Shown one piece after another: positions 20,370 through 30,022 of a stretch of DNA of 64,000 nucleotides. Below the pieces are notes generated by a model. The model worked only from the letters and a program-made list of their open reading frames with translations, did not search any database and was not told where the DNA came from. The position numbers were made by a program, and so were the translations under genes. Numbering within the stretch: the first letter of the stretch is position 1; every line of letters begins with the position of its first letter. Source of the DNA: an uncultured Candidatus Entotheonella sp. (GTDB lineage Bacteria > Tectomicrobia > Entotheonellia > Entotheonellales > Entotheonellaceae); the NCBI GenBank assembly GCA_965217185.1, contig OZ244252.1, forward strand, positions 3,136,001 to 3,200,000, written 5' to 3'.

Positions 20370-20678
20370 ATGGCGGAAACCCGTGCCGTAATGCGAGAAA
20401 TCTCACCGAAATTGGCGGACCTGACCGCGGACGTGCTGTTCGGCGACGTCTGGGAACAGCCCGATCTGTCGAAACGCGACCGCAGCCTGATAACCGTGGC
20501 GACCCTGACGGCGCTCTACCGCACCGATCAGCTGCGTGGCCACATCCGGCGGGCGCTGGATAATGGGGTGACGAAGGCCGAGATCAGCGCCGTGATTACC
20601 CACATGGCCTTCTATGCCGGCTGGCCCACCGCGGCCAACGCGGTGCGGGTGGCCAAGGAAGTGTTCGACTCGGAATAA
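20370..20678 (+). CDS. Carboxymuconolactone decarboxylase family protein
   Basis: LFGDVW..DLSKRDRSLIT, AFYAGWP. Confidence 0.85.
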   Translation: MAETRAVMREISPKLADLTADVLFGDVWEQPDLSKRDRSLITVATLTALYRTDQLRGHIRRALDNGVTKAEISAVITHMAFYAGWPTAANAVRVAKEVFDSE

Positions 20679-20691
20679 GCGGGAACGCCGG

Positions 20692-21153
20692 GTGAGCGGT
20701 TTGACGTCGAGGCCGGGAACCTATGCCTTGGTCCTTGCCTCGACCGAGACTCGCTGCCTGCGCGTCGGGCAGCTGGGCAGCTTGGCGTTGCGGCCTGGCT
20801 GGTACGTCTACGTCGGCAGCGCCTTCGGTCCCGGCGGCGTCCGTGCGCGGTTGGCGCATCACCGGAAGCGGGCCGCGCGGCCGCACTGGCACGTCGACCA
20901 TCTGCGACTGCATACCCAACTGGAGCGCGTGTGGTTCACGCACGACTCGATCCGCCGGGAGCATCAGTGGGCGCAGGTGATGCAGTAATTGCCGGGCGCC
21001 GAGATGCCGCTTCACGGCTTCGGGTCCTCGGATTGCGCGTGTGCGTCGCACTTGGTTCGTTTCGCTCGCCGGCCGTCCTTCCGCCGCTTCCAACGGGAAA
21101 TTCATTCGCTGTTCCCGGAGCACGGCCCCATTCGTCCGATTATTACCGCATAG
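20692..21153 (+). pseudogene. GIY-YIG/DUF123 (Uri) endonuclease with in-frame TAA at 20986-20988
   Basis: GWYVYVGSAFGPGG, HWHVD before the stop; same frame continues to GFGSSDCACASHL. Confidence 0.75.
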
Positions 21154-21163
21154 AAAGGTTGCC

Positions 21164-21964
21164 ATGCGCAGCTTCGACGCCCTGGGTTGCAAGAAAGTCG
21201 TGATTGGCCTCGTCCACCTGCTGCCCCTGCCGGGCACGCCGTTTTACGAGCCGGGCAACACCGAGCGAGCGCTGGACAAGGCCGTGCGCGACGCCACCGC
21301 CCTGTCGCAAGGCGGCACCGACGGCTGTCTCATCCAGACGGTGGACCGCGTTTATCCCACCGGCGACGAGGCGGATTACGCTCGCGTCGCGGCCATGGCG
21401 GCGATCACCCGGGCGGTGGCCGAAGCCACGCCGCCGGACTTCCAGATCGGCGTGCAGATCATGGTCAATGCGCTCAAGGCCTCCGCCGCGGTGGCCACCG
21501 TGTGCGGCGGCTCATTTCTGCGCTGCACGGCGCTCGTTGGCGCCACCGTGACGCCCTCGGGCATTGTCGAGGCCAACCCCCTCGATTTCCTCACCTACCG
21601 CGCCCGCATCGGCGGCGACCGGCTCAAGCTGATCGCCGAGGTGGACAGCATGCACTTTCACTGGATGGGCGACAAACCCACCGCCGACGTGGCCCGCACC
21701 GCAGCCCGCATGGGCGCCGACGCGGTCGAGGTGGCGCACCCCGACGAGGCCGTCAGCAATCGCCTGGTGTACGACATCAAACACGTCCACCCCCACCTGC
21801 CCGTCATCCTCGGCGGCCATACCAAGCACGAAAACGCCGCCCGCCGCCTCGCTGAAGCCGATGGCGCCTTTGTCGGCTCGTGCCTCAAGTCCGGCGCCTG
21901 GGACAGCGATATCGACGTGGGACGGGTGCGGGAGTATGTGAAGATTGTTGCCGGTCTGTCTTGA
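21164..21964 (+). CDS. BtpA/SgcQ family TIM-barrel protein
   Basis: [14 protein letters not shown] start; ADGAFVGS. Confidence 0.8.
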   Translation: MRSFDALGCKKVVIGLVHLLPLPGTPFYEPGNTERALDKAVRDATALSQGGTDGCLIQTVDRVYPTGDEADYARVAAMAAITRAVAEATPPDFQIGVQIMVNALKASAAVATVCGGSFLRCTALVGATVTPSGIVEANPLDFLTYRARIGGDRLKLIAEVDSMHFHWMGDKPTADVARTAARMGADAVEVAHPDEAVSNRLVYDIKHVHPHLPVILGGHTKHENAARRLAEADGAFVGSCLKSGAWDSDIDVGRVREYVKIVAGLS

Positions 21965-22010
21965 ACTGCCCCTAGACCGTAGGCGTCATCATCAACTCGG
22001 CCCCATATAC

Positions 22011-22229
22011 ATGAGCGACGACAGCATTCTCAAAAAATTTGGCGAGCGAGTACGCCAGCTTCGAAAAGCTCGGGGGTTTTCGCAACAATCCTTTGCGGCG
22101 ACGTGTGGGCTTGATCGAACTTATATTGGAGGAATCGAGCGCGGGGAGCGCAATGTTGCTTTGCGGAACATGGAGGCGATTGCCAAATCCCTGGGGCTTT
22201 CCGTTTCCGAGCTTACAACGGGACTGTGA
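22011..22229 (+). CDS. XRE-family HTH regulator, resembles R-M controller (C) proteins
   Basis: 72 aa; [29 protein letters not shown]. Confidence 0.75.
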   Translation: MSDDSILKKFGERVRQLRKARGFSQQSFAATCGLDRTYIGGIERGERNVALRNMEAIAKSLGLSVSELTTGL

Positions 22230-22242
22230 AGAGTTAATGAAT

Positions 22243-23525
22243 GGGCATCTCTAATGATACTCATCTTCCCACGTGGTTTAGAATTACAGAGACACGTTAA
22301 CCAACAGGCCGGAGGAGTTGAACATGGCTCGGATGGGCTTTTTCGATGTCGAGAATCGCTACGCCGCTCTGGATGCCAAGCATGACCCCCTGGTGAAGAT
22401 CAATGCCGTCGTTCCCTGGGAAGCCTTCCGCAGCCGCCTGGAAAACGTCTGGCGCAAGCCGCCCGACAAGCGTAAGTCCAATGCGGGGTGCAAGCCGTGG
22501 GACGCCATCGTCATGTTCAAAGCGATCATTTTGTGCGCCCTCTACAATCTATCGGATGACCAGGTCGAGTATCAGATGCGTGACCGCCTGTCCTTCGTGC
22601 GCTTTCTGGGGCTGGCGCTTGAAGACAAGGTGCCCGACGCCAAGACGGTGTGGCTCTACCGCGAGCAGTTGTCACAGGCTGGCCTCTGGAGGCCTTGCTT
22701 GAGGATTTCGACGGCTATCTGAAAAGCCAGGGCTACCGGGCCATGGGCGGCCAGATCATCGATGCCTCGATTGTCGCGGTTCCCATTCAACGCAATCGTC
22801 GTGATGACAATGAGCAGATCAAGCGCGGTGAGATGCCCGCGGCCTGGGCCGACAAGGCGGCCAAGCGTCGGCAAAAGGATACGGATGCGCGCTGGACGAA
22901 GAAGCACGGCAAGAGCCATGGCTACAAGAATCACGTCAGCATCGACCGTCGGCACAAACCGATCCGGCGTTACCGGGCGACGGACGCGGCGGTGCACGAC
23001 AGCCAAGTGGTTGATGAACTGCTTACGTCGGACAACACGGCAAGCGGCGTCTGGGCGGACAGCGCCTACCGGTCCAAAGCGATCGCGGAGAAGGTCAAGG
23101 AAAGGGGCTTGACGAGTCGGATTCATCGCAAGGGCTATCGCAACCGTCCGCTGTGTGATTGGGAGAAGGCGGGCAACCAGAGTCGTTCACGGTTTCGAGC
23201 ACGGGTAGAGCATGTCTTCGGGGCGCAGCAAAACGACGTGGGCGGGACGTTGGTTCGCAGCATCGGTCTTGTACGGGCGAGCGCGCGGATAGGTCTCAAG
23301 AACCTTGCCTACAACAGGCGTCGCCTGGTTCACTTGCAACGTCTGGCGATGGTGGATTCACGCTAAAGGGTGCAGCAGGGCGTGGGACGCCCTCATTGAA
23401 AGCGCCATGGCTCTTGTCGGGGAGCGACATCACCGCGCCAACCGCCGTTCATTCTCTACCGACATCACGCGATAGGACCACTCACGCCAGTTTTGCCCGC
23501 CAGTGAGTCATTTTTCGAGGCGCCC
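22243..23525 (+). mobile_element. IS5-family insertion sequence
   Basis: Imperfect TIRs GGGCATCTCTAA / GGGCGCCTCGAA enclosing a transposase; no TSD visible. Confidence 0.75.
22324..23366 (+). pseudogene. IS5-family transposase, frameshift near 22687
   Basis: DUF772-like N-part (YNLSDDQVE..DRLSF..PDAKT), then DDE part (IIDAS, WADSAY, RARVEHVF) in another frame. Confidence 0.85.
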
Positions 23526-23554
23526 TTTAGTTTATTTGGCCCGCCCCTAACCTA

Positions 23555-23586
23555 ACCCCGCCACGACAAATCAGTCGTGGCGGGGT
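23555..23586. terminator. Strong hairpin downstream of trpG (terminator or REP-like)
   Basis: ACCCCGCCACGAC-AAATCA-GTCGTGGCGGGGT, 13-bp perfect stem. Confidence 0.55.
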
Positions 23587-23600
23587 ATTTTATGTGGAAT

Positions 23601-24185
23601 TTAAGGCCGGGACGCCTCGGCCACCGCGGCCAACAGATTACCCAGCAGACGCAGCCCGTGGCTGTTTTCCATCGTCAGAATCGACTCGGGGTGAAACTGC
23701 ACGCCCTCGATGGGCAGCGAGCGGTGACGGATACCCATCACGACGTCGCCCCAGGTGGCGGTCACCTCGAAAACGTCGGGTATCACGTCGCCGACCAGCG
23801 AGTGGTAGCGGCCCACCGGCAGCGGCGATGGCAGGTCTTCGTAGATGCCCTCGCCGTGGTGGTCGATCTCGCTTTGCTTGCCGTGGTAGGGACGTGGCAG
23901 CACCCGCAGCGTGCCGCCGAAATACTCGATCATCGCCTGATGGCCCAGGCACACCCCGAACAGCGGCACGTGCTGGTGGAAATGATCGATGTAGGCCAGC
24001 AGGTTGCCGGCGTTGGCGGGCGTCGACGGACCTGGGGAGAAGACCAGCAGGTCCGGCTCCGACGTCGCCACGATGTCCACCGGGATGTCATTGCGATACA
24101 CCCGCACGGTGCATTCGAGGCGGCGGAAGTAATCGACCAGATTGAAGGTGAACGAATCGAAATTGTCGATCATGGTGATGTTCAT
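23601..24185 (-). CDS. trpG: Anthranilate synthase component II / PabA-type glutamine amidotransferase
   Basis: IDNFDSFTFN, SPGP, GVCLGHQ, RYHSL, QFHPES. Confidence 0.88.
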   Translation of the reverse strand: MNITMIDNFDSFTFNLVDYFRRLECTVRVYRNDIPVDIVATSEPDLLVFSPGPSTPANAGNLLAYIDHFHQHVPLFGVCLGHQAMIEYFGGTLRVLPRPYHGKQSEIDHHGEGIYEDLPSPLPVGRYHSLVGDVIPDVFEVTATWGDVVMGIRHRSLPIEGVQFHPESILTMENSHGLRLLGNLLAAVAEASRP

Positions 24186-24200
24186 GAAAATTCCCCCCGT

Positions 24201-25823
24201 TTACTCGATGCCGTCCAGCGCTTCCAATAATGCCCTTGCCTTAGCCTCGGTTTCCGCGTACTCGGCGGACGGTTCCGAATCGAACAGCAGCGTCGAGCCG
24301 ACCCGCACGCGCACGTCGTAAGCGGGCGCCGCGCCGCCTTGCCGCTGCACCAGGTGCGCCGTGCGAATGATGATGCCGGTGTCGAGCTGTCCCGAGAACG
24401 TCAGGTAACCCACGTTACCGCCGTAGTAGCCGCGGCGGCTGTGCTCGTGGTTCTCGATGTACGCCATGGCCGCCGCCTTGGGCGCCCCGGTCAGGGTGCC
24501 GGCGTTGAGGCAGGCGATGAAGGCGTCGAAGGCCGACAGACCGGCGGACAATTCGCCCTCCACCTGCGCCACCGTGTGCATCACGCGCGAGTATTTCTCC
24601 ACGAAGCGGTAGTCGGAGACGCTGACGCCGGGCTCGCACACCCGGCTGACGTCGTTACGCGCCAAGTCGATGAGCATGTCGAGCTCCGATTTTTCCTTCT
24701 CCGAATTCAGAAGCTGCATCATGTTGTGATAGTCGGTGAGGCTGTCGGTGCCGCGCGGCATGGTGCCGGAGATGGGCCGCTGCTGCACCACGCCGTCCTC
24801 CACCCGCACGAACATCTCCGGCGAGGCACCGACCAGCGCCTCGTCGCCGTAATCGACGTAGAACTGGTACGGGGACGGGTTGATGGCGCGGAACCGCCGG
24901 TACAACTCCAGGGGGCTGCGGGTGTATTCACCCATGAAGCTGTGCGACAGGACGACCTCGAAGAATTCGCCTTGGCGCATCTGCTCGCGCGCCTCATCGA
25001 CCGCCGCCATGAAGGCGTCGCGCCCGGTGTCCGATTCCAGCTTGTGGGGTATGCGGTGGCGCTCGGCGGCAGGCGACGGGGGCGCCGGTTGAAGGCAAGA
25101 CAGCCGCTCGCGTACCAGATCGCCGGCGGACGCGGAGCTGTCCAGGAAATCGTAAATGATCAGCGTTGCCCGTTCCTTCAGATGGTCGTAAAACAGCAGC
25201 ATGTCCGGCATGAACAGCCGGAAATCCTGGGTGGGGCCGGGTTGCAGGCGATCGGGCAACGGCTCGAACAGGCGTACAAAATCGTAGGCGAAAGCGCCGT
25301 ACAACCCCAGGAAGCGGTCGTCGCAGCGAAAGTGCTGCAGCAGCGTGCGCACAATCTGCGAGATGTTGTTAAGGAGCAGCCGTTCGTCCTCGGCTACCGG
25401 GCGGCGCTCGCAGGGCACGGTGCCGGTCAGCGCTTGGTCGTCACGCTGCAGGTCTTGGCAACAAGCGAAGTCAACGTCGGCGAGCGGCTGCCGCAGCATG
25501 GCCTGACCGCGCTCATTCAGGGCGCGAATGGCGAAGGTATCTTCCTTGCCCTCGACCAGCACCGGCGGGTCGACCACCGCGAGGGAGTAGCGGCCGTAGA
25601 CGCGCGAGACGTCGACCGATTCGTATAATACGCCGGGCTTGTCGGCATTGAGGTGTTGGTAAAGCTCAAGAGGCGGCAGGTCGTCCCGGCTGAAATCAAA
25701 CGTCAGCGTCAGGCGTCGGAGGTTGCCGCGCCCGTCGCCGTATGGCAGAACCTCTTCGCTGACCGGTTGCCGCAAGAGATAATCACGCACGTCGCTGGCC
25801 GTCATGGAGGGTGTGCTTGTCAT
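24201..25823 (-). CDS. trpE: Anthranilate synthase component I
   Basis: NPSPY, GASPEMFVRV, PISGT, MLIDLARND, GTLTGAPK. Confidence 0.88.
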   Translation of the reverse strand: MTSTPSMTASDVRDYLLRQPVSEEVLPYGDGRGNLRRLTLTFDFSRDDLPPLELYQHLNADKPGVLYESVDVSRVYGRYSLAVVDPPVLVEGKEDTFAIRALNERGQAMLRQPLADVDFACCQDLQRDDQALTGTVPCERRPVAEDERLLLNNISQIVRTLLQHFRCDDRFLGLYGAFAYDFVRLFEPLPDRLQPGPTQDFRLFMPDMLLFYDHLKERATLIIYDFLDSSASAGDLVRERLSCLQPAPPSPAAERHRIPHKLESDTGRDAFMAAVDEAREQMRQGEFFEVVLSHSFMGEYTRSPLELYRRFRAINPSPYQFYVDYGDEALVGASPEMFVRVEDGVVQQRPISGTMPRGTDSLTDYHNMMQLLNSEKEKSELDMLIDLARNDVSRVCEPGVSVSDYRFVEKYSRVMHTVAQVEGELSAGLSAFDAFIACLNAGTLTGAPKAAAMAYIENHEHSRRGYYGGNVGYLTFSGQLDTGIIIRTAHLVQRQGGAAPAYDVRVRVGSTLLFDSEPSAEYAETEAKARALLEALDGIE

Positions 25824-26003
25824 GGTGTCGTCTCCAGAAAATGCTGCTGTCTTGCAATTGCTCGCTGCCTTTCCCGCACGGCCTGCACGCCGGGCTGCGC
25901 CGCAGGGACGCGCTTCTGCTGCACGCGGGCTATGGTTCGATCAAATAATGCCGTACCGGAAAAGGAGCAGAAGAACCGAAACGTTTGGGATGGGGCGGGC
26001 TTA

Positions 26004-26036
26004 TCAGCGCCACCAGCGGGAGGCACACCATCGCAA
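26004..26036 (-). promoter_or_regulatory. Candidate trp leader peptide (M)RWCASRWWR
   Basis: TTG start, 3 Trp codons including tandem TGG TGG, then TGA TAA; 180 nt upstream of trpE on the same strand. Confidence 0.45.
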
Positions 26037-26311
26037 AGCACACAGCGGGTAGGAAGGGGTAAAGCCAAATTCGAGGGAGGCATGGACGCCTGTGGCCGGA
26101 CCGGGCGCTCGCAGGCTCATGGGACGCTCTCCTTACGCGGAATCGTGAACGCTTGAATGATTGCGGGCGACTATACAGAGGGCCATGGCGCCTGTCAATG
26201 CCGCTGCGAATCGGAGTGTTTTTGACTTTCCGCTCGCCCGCCATGTATGCTGCACGGCATGGTTGACACTATCGATTCCTGAGCCATCCTGACTGAGGAG
26301 GAACCCGGCCC

Positions 26312-27196
26312 ATGCCACTGGCAGCCATGAACGACGGCACCCGCTTGTACTACGAATCCACCGGCAGCGGCTTCCCGCTGCTGTTCAGCCACGAGTATGC
26401 TGGCGATTACCGCAGCTGGGAGCCACAAGTACGCTATTTCGCACGGCGTTATCGGGTGATCGCGTATAATGCCCGCGGCTATCCGCCGTCGGACGTGCCG
26501 GAGGACGTCGGCGCCTACTCGCAGGCGCGCGCCATGCACGACATCGCGCAGCTTTTGGAGGCGTTGCAGGTGCCGCAGGCGCATGTGGTGGGCCTGTCGA
26601 TGGGCGGCTACGCTACCCTGCATTTCGGGCTCAACTATCCGCAGATGGCGCGGTCACTGGTGGTAGCGGGATGCGGCTACGGCTCGGTGGCGGGCGACCG
26701 GCAGAAATTCCAGCAGGACTCGGCGCAGGTGGCGCAGCGTATCGAGGGCGACGGCATGCAGGCCACGGCTGCCGTGTATGCCAAAGGCCCGACGCGGGTG
26801 CAATTCGAGGACAAGGATCCGCGCGGCTGGCAGGAATTCGCCGATCAGCTCGCCGAACATTCGGCGACCGGTGCGGCCCTGACGATGCGCGGCGTGCAGG
26901 GTCAACGTCCCTCGGTGTACGAGCTGGAGGCGCAGATGCAGCAGTTGCAGGTGCCCACCCTGATCGTTACCGGCGACGAGGACGAGCCGTGTCTGGAGCC
27001 GGGGCTGTTCATGAAGCGCGCCATCCCGACATCGGGTCTCGTCGTCGTGCCCAAGACCGGCCACACGATTAACCTGGAGGAACCGGAGTCGTTCAACCGC
27101 ATCGTCAGTGATTTCCTGACCGCCGTGGAATCCGGCCAATGGCAAGCCCGCAATCCGGCCTCGCTGAGTTCCTCGGCCATTCTGCCTGCCAAGTAA
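26312..27196 (+). CDS. Alpha/beta hydrolase
   Basis: GLSMGG nucleophile motif, GDED, GHTINLEEP. Confidence 0.85.
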   Translation: MPLAAMNDGTRLYYESTGSGFPLLFSHEYAGDYRSWEPQVRYFARRYRVIAYNARGYPPSDVPEDVGAYSQARAMHDIAQLLEALQVPQAHVVGLSMGGYATLHFGLNYPQMARSLVVAGCGYGSVAGDRQKFQQDSAQVAQRIEGDGMQATAAVYAKGPTRVQFEDKDPRGWQEFADQLAEHSATGAALTMRGVQGQRPSVYELEAQMQQLQVPTLIVTGDEDEPCLEPGLFMKRAIPTSGLVVVPKTGHTINLEEPESFNRIVSDFLTAVESGQWQARNPASLSSSAILPAK

Positions 27197-27212
27197 CTGT
27201 GAGGACCGCCGT

Positions 27213-28301
27213 ATGTCCAGCCCCAATGCCCGAGACCTGATCGGCGCCGTCGAAAATCCGCCGGCGCATACCAGCGCCGCGGAACCGGACGCCGCCACTC
27301 TGCTGTTCGACGCCCAAGAGCCGCCGCCCTTTCCCGAAATGAACATTTTTCCCCTGGAATGGCGAGTCGAAACGCCCATGCTGCAACAGATCTACGACCA
27401 GGCCCGCGCCCCCGGCTGGTCACCCCACACCCTGCCCTGGGACACCTTCAAAGCCGACGATTTCTCCCTGGACGAACGCTACGCCATGGCTTACTGGTTC
27501 ACCCTGCTGTCGGTGTTCGACGGCTCCGGCCCGGCGGTGTTCTCGCGTGCCTTCATCCACACCTGGGAGACGCATGAGGAAGACCCGGTGCGCAAGTGCT
27601 TCTTCTCGATCGTGCGCGACGAGGTGAACCACGAAGAAGTCTGTCAGCGCGCCATCCAGATCCTGACGCCCGACGGACCGCTCGGCTACGACCCCGAAAC
27701 GCCCCTCGGCCGCCTCGCCCGCAACAACGTCAAGTGGTATTACCACAACGGCTGCCGCTATTGGACCGGCTTCAAGAGCGGCATCACGAAGTTCCAGTTG
27801 CCGATCTTGTTCGCGTCGTTCCTGATGGGGGAGGTGGCGGCGGCGACGCTGTTCCACAGCATGTACCAGCGCACCACGATGCCGGCCCTCAAGGAGGCGT
27901 TCAAGATGATCGGCAAGGACGAGGCGCGCCACATGGCGATCTGCCTGGCCGTGCTGCGCAACGTGCTGCCGCAGTTGACCGACGAGCAGCGCGACGTCAT
28001 CACCCGGCAGATTCGCGCCGGGTTCGTCTTTCTGTCGGGAATTCTGTATGTGCCGCCTGAGGACTTCTGGGAGTTGGGTCCGACCTTCCGGCCGGCACAC
28101 CGCATGCTGGAAGAGGCGGCCCGTGGCGCCGGGTTGGGCATCCTGACGGAGGACGAGCGGGCCGAGAACTGGCGCGCAGCGGTGCTTCGGCTGAAGGGCA
28201 TTCTGGAGCCGCATGGGGTGGAATTCCCCGCCTTGCCGGAGGTCGGCATCGACGGCAGGACCGTGGCGATTGACCCGCAGGACATCATCCCGGTGTTTTA
28301 A
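27213..28301 (+). CDS. Ferritin-like diiron protein
   Basis: Two DExxH motifs (RDEVNH, KDEARH) with intervening MGE. Confidence 0.65.
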   Translation: MSSPNARDLIGAVENPPAHTSAAEPDAATLLFDAQEPPPFPEMNIFPLEWRVETPMLQQIYDQARAPGWSPHTLPWDTFKADDFSLDERYAMAYWFTLLSVFDGSGPAVFSRAFIHTWETHEEDPVRKCFFSIVRDEVNHEEVCQRAIQILTPDGPLGYDPETPLGRLARNNVKWYYHNGCRYWTGFKSGITKFQLPILFASFLMGEVAAATLFHSMYQRTTMPALKEAFKMIGKDEARHMAICLAVLRNVLPQLTDEQRDVITRQIRAGFVFLSGILYVPPEDFWELGPTFRPAHRMLEEAARGAGLGILTEDERAENWRAAVLRLKGILEPHGVEFPALPEVGIDGRTVAIDPQDIIPVF

Positions 28302-28322
28302 TCCTGCCCGGAGGCCTTTGCA

Positions 28323-29039
28323 TTGAAGCTCTTGGTTTTTCAGCACATTGCCTGCGAACACCCCGGCTCGCTGCGACAGTTCCTCAAGCGTGACGGCATT
28401 AAATGGGATGCGGTGGAACTGGACGCCAACGAACCGATCCCGGACCTGTCAGGCTACGACGCGCTGTGGGTCATGGGCGGGCCGATGGACGTCTGGGATG
28501 TGGATGAGCACCCTTGGCTGATACCCGAAAAGGCCGCCATCCGAACCTGGGTGCGCGACCTGCAAAAGCCGTTTCTGGGGCTTTGCCTGGGGCATCAGCT
28601 TCTGGCCGACGCCCTTGGCGGCACCTGCGGGCCACAGGTTCCGTCGGAAATCGGGGTTATGGATGTTGAGTTGACCGAGGCAGGTCTGGCCGACCCGCTG
28701 TTTGCCGGCTTGGCTGCCAGCCAGAAATGCCTGCAATGGCATTCGGTGCGGGTGGCGCAGCCGCCCGAAGGTGCGATTGTGCTGGCGCGGTCGCCAGCGT
28801 GCCCCGTCCAGGCGATGCGCATTGGGCTGAACGCCTGGTCGATGCAGTATCACGTGGAGGTCGAACCCGATACCGTGACCAACTGGGCGGCCGTCCCCGC
28901 CTATCGCGAAGCGCTGGTCAACGTCATGGGGGAAGGCGGGATGGGGACTCTGTCACAAGGTGCTGCGGAGAATGTGGCGGGCTTTCTGGCCAGCGCGGAA
29001 AGGCTCTATGACAACTTCATGCGGCTCGCCAGAGCTTGA
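28323..29039 (+). CDS. Type 1 glutamine amidotransferase
   Basis: MGGPM, GLCLGHQ, QYHVE. Confidence 0.85.
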   Translation: MKLLVFQHIACEHPGSLRQFLKRDGIKWDAVELDANEPIPDLSGYDALWVMGGPMDVWDVDEHPWLIPEKAAIRTWVRDLQKPFLGLCLGHQLLADALGGTCGPQVPSEIGVMDVELTEAGLADPLFAGLAASQKCLQWHSVRVAQPPEGAIVLARSPACPVQAMRIGLNAWSMQYHVEVEPDTVTNWAAVPAYREALVNVMGEGGMGTLSQGAAENVAGFLASAERLYDNFMRLARA

Positions 29040-29106
29040 GCGGCTTTGCTCAAAGCCTTGAATGGATTACACGCGGATAAACCACGCCTGCCGAAAGAAT
29101 CGCAAC

Positions 29107-29481
29107 ATGATCGCCGTCATATTCGAAGTACAAGTCGTACCGGCACGCAAGCAGGACTATCTCGACATTGCGGCAGAACTGCGGCCCCTTCTGGAGCAGG
29201 TTGACGGCTTCCTGTCCATCGAACGCTTTCAAAGCCTCACCAACCCGGAAAAACTCTTATCGCTTTCATTCTTTCGAGACGAGGAGGCCGTCCGGAACTG
29301 GCGCAATTTGAGCCAACACCGGAGCGCTCAAAGCAAGGGGCGGGACGGTATTTTTGCCGACTATCGCTTGCGCGTGGCCGGCGTTATTCGCGACTACAAC
29401 ATGTTCGAACGCAGCGAAGCGCCTGGGGACAGCAAGACCATGCACTCGAGCAAAGAACACCTCGATCCGTCCGTTCCTTAA
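29107..29481 (+). CDS. Antibiotic biosynthesis monooxygenase (ABM) family protein
   Basis: MIAVIFEV..YLDIAA..GFLSIERF..LSLSFF. Confidence 0.85.
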   Translation: MIAVIFEVQVVPARKQDYLDIAAELRPLLEQVDGFLSIERFQSLTNPEKLLSLSFFRDEEAVRNWRNLSQHRSAQSKGRDGIFADYRLRVAGVIRDYNMFERSEAPGDSKTMHSSKEHLDPSVP

Positions 29482-29566
29482 GGAATTTCAGTATGGTTGC
29501 GCATCGGAAACCTGAAGTAGCACGTCGATGGAAGCCCGTTTCGCCAACCTGCCGGCCCAGGTGAGA

Positions 29567-30013
29567 CTACAGCGCGTTCAAGCGCTCCAGATTGGCCGCC
29601 CTCAACTCGGCCTCGGTATGGCCGAAGTCGTAGGCCGGCGACAGGATTAATTCAGCCGCCGAGACCTTGATGACCACGAACGCAGACATAGACGGCACGT
29701 AATCCCCCCACGCGTCGTTGAAGGCGTCCTGCAGACGCTGCGATGCATCCGACTTGCCAATGATGGAACCTGTTCCCGTCACCCGGATGGCCTTGCGCGA
29801 GAGCACGTCGGTGAAGCAAATCTCCACCGCCGGGTTGGCGCGCAGATTGGCAAGCGTTCCAGGTGAACGCAGGTTACCGAATGCCAACGTCTCGTCATCG
29901 ACGACGACAAAGGTGGCCTTCGGCGATGCGGAGGGTGTTCCGTCCGCGTTGATAGTGGCCACGGATCCGGCCGAAAAGACCCGGATCAGCGCTTTCATTT
30001 CCTCAGTCAGCAT
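29567..30013 (-). CDS. Pyridoxamine 5'-phosphate oxidase-like FMN-binding protein
   Basis: VATINADGTP..SPK, SPGTLANLRANP, LSPAYD. Confidence 0.8.
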   Translation of the reverse strand: MLTEEMKALIRVFSAGSVATINADGTPSASPKATFVVVDDETLAFGNLRSPGTLANLRANPAVEICFTDVLSRKAIRVTGTGSIIGKSDASQRLQDAFNDAWGDYVPSMSAFVVIKVSAAELILSPAYDFGHTEAELRAANLERLNAL

Positions 30014-30022
30014 TGTTCCACA

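Noticed and set aside
22670..22700. Programmed frameshift in the IS5 transposase
   Set aside because: No slippery A-run at the break; looks like a single-base deletion, and other lesions are present.
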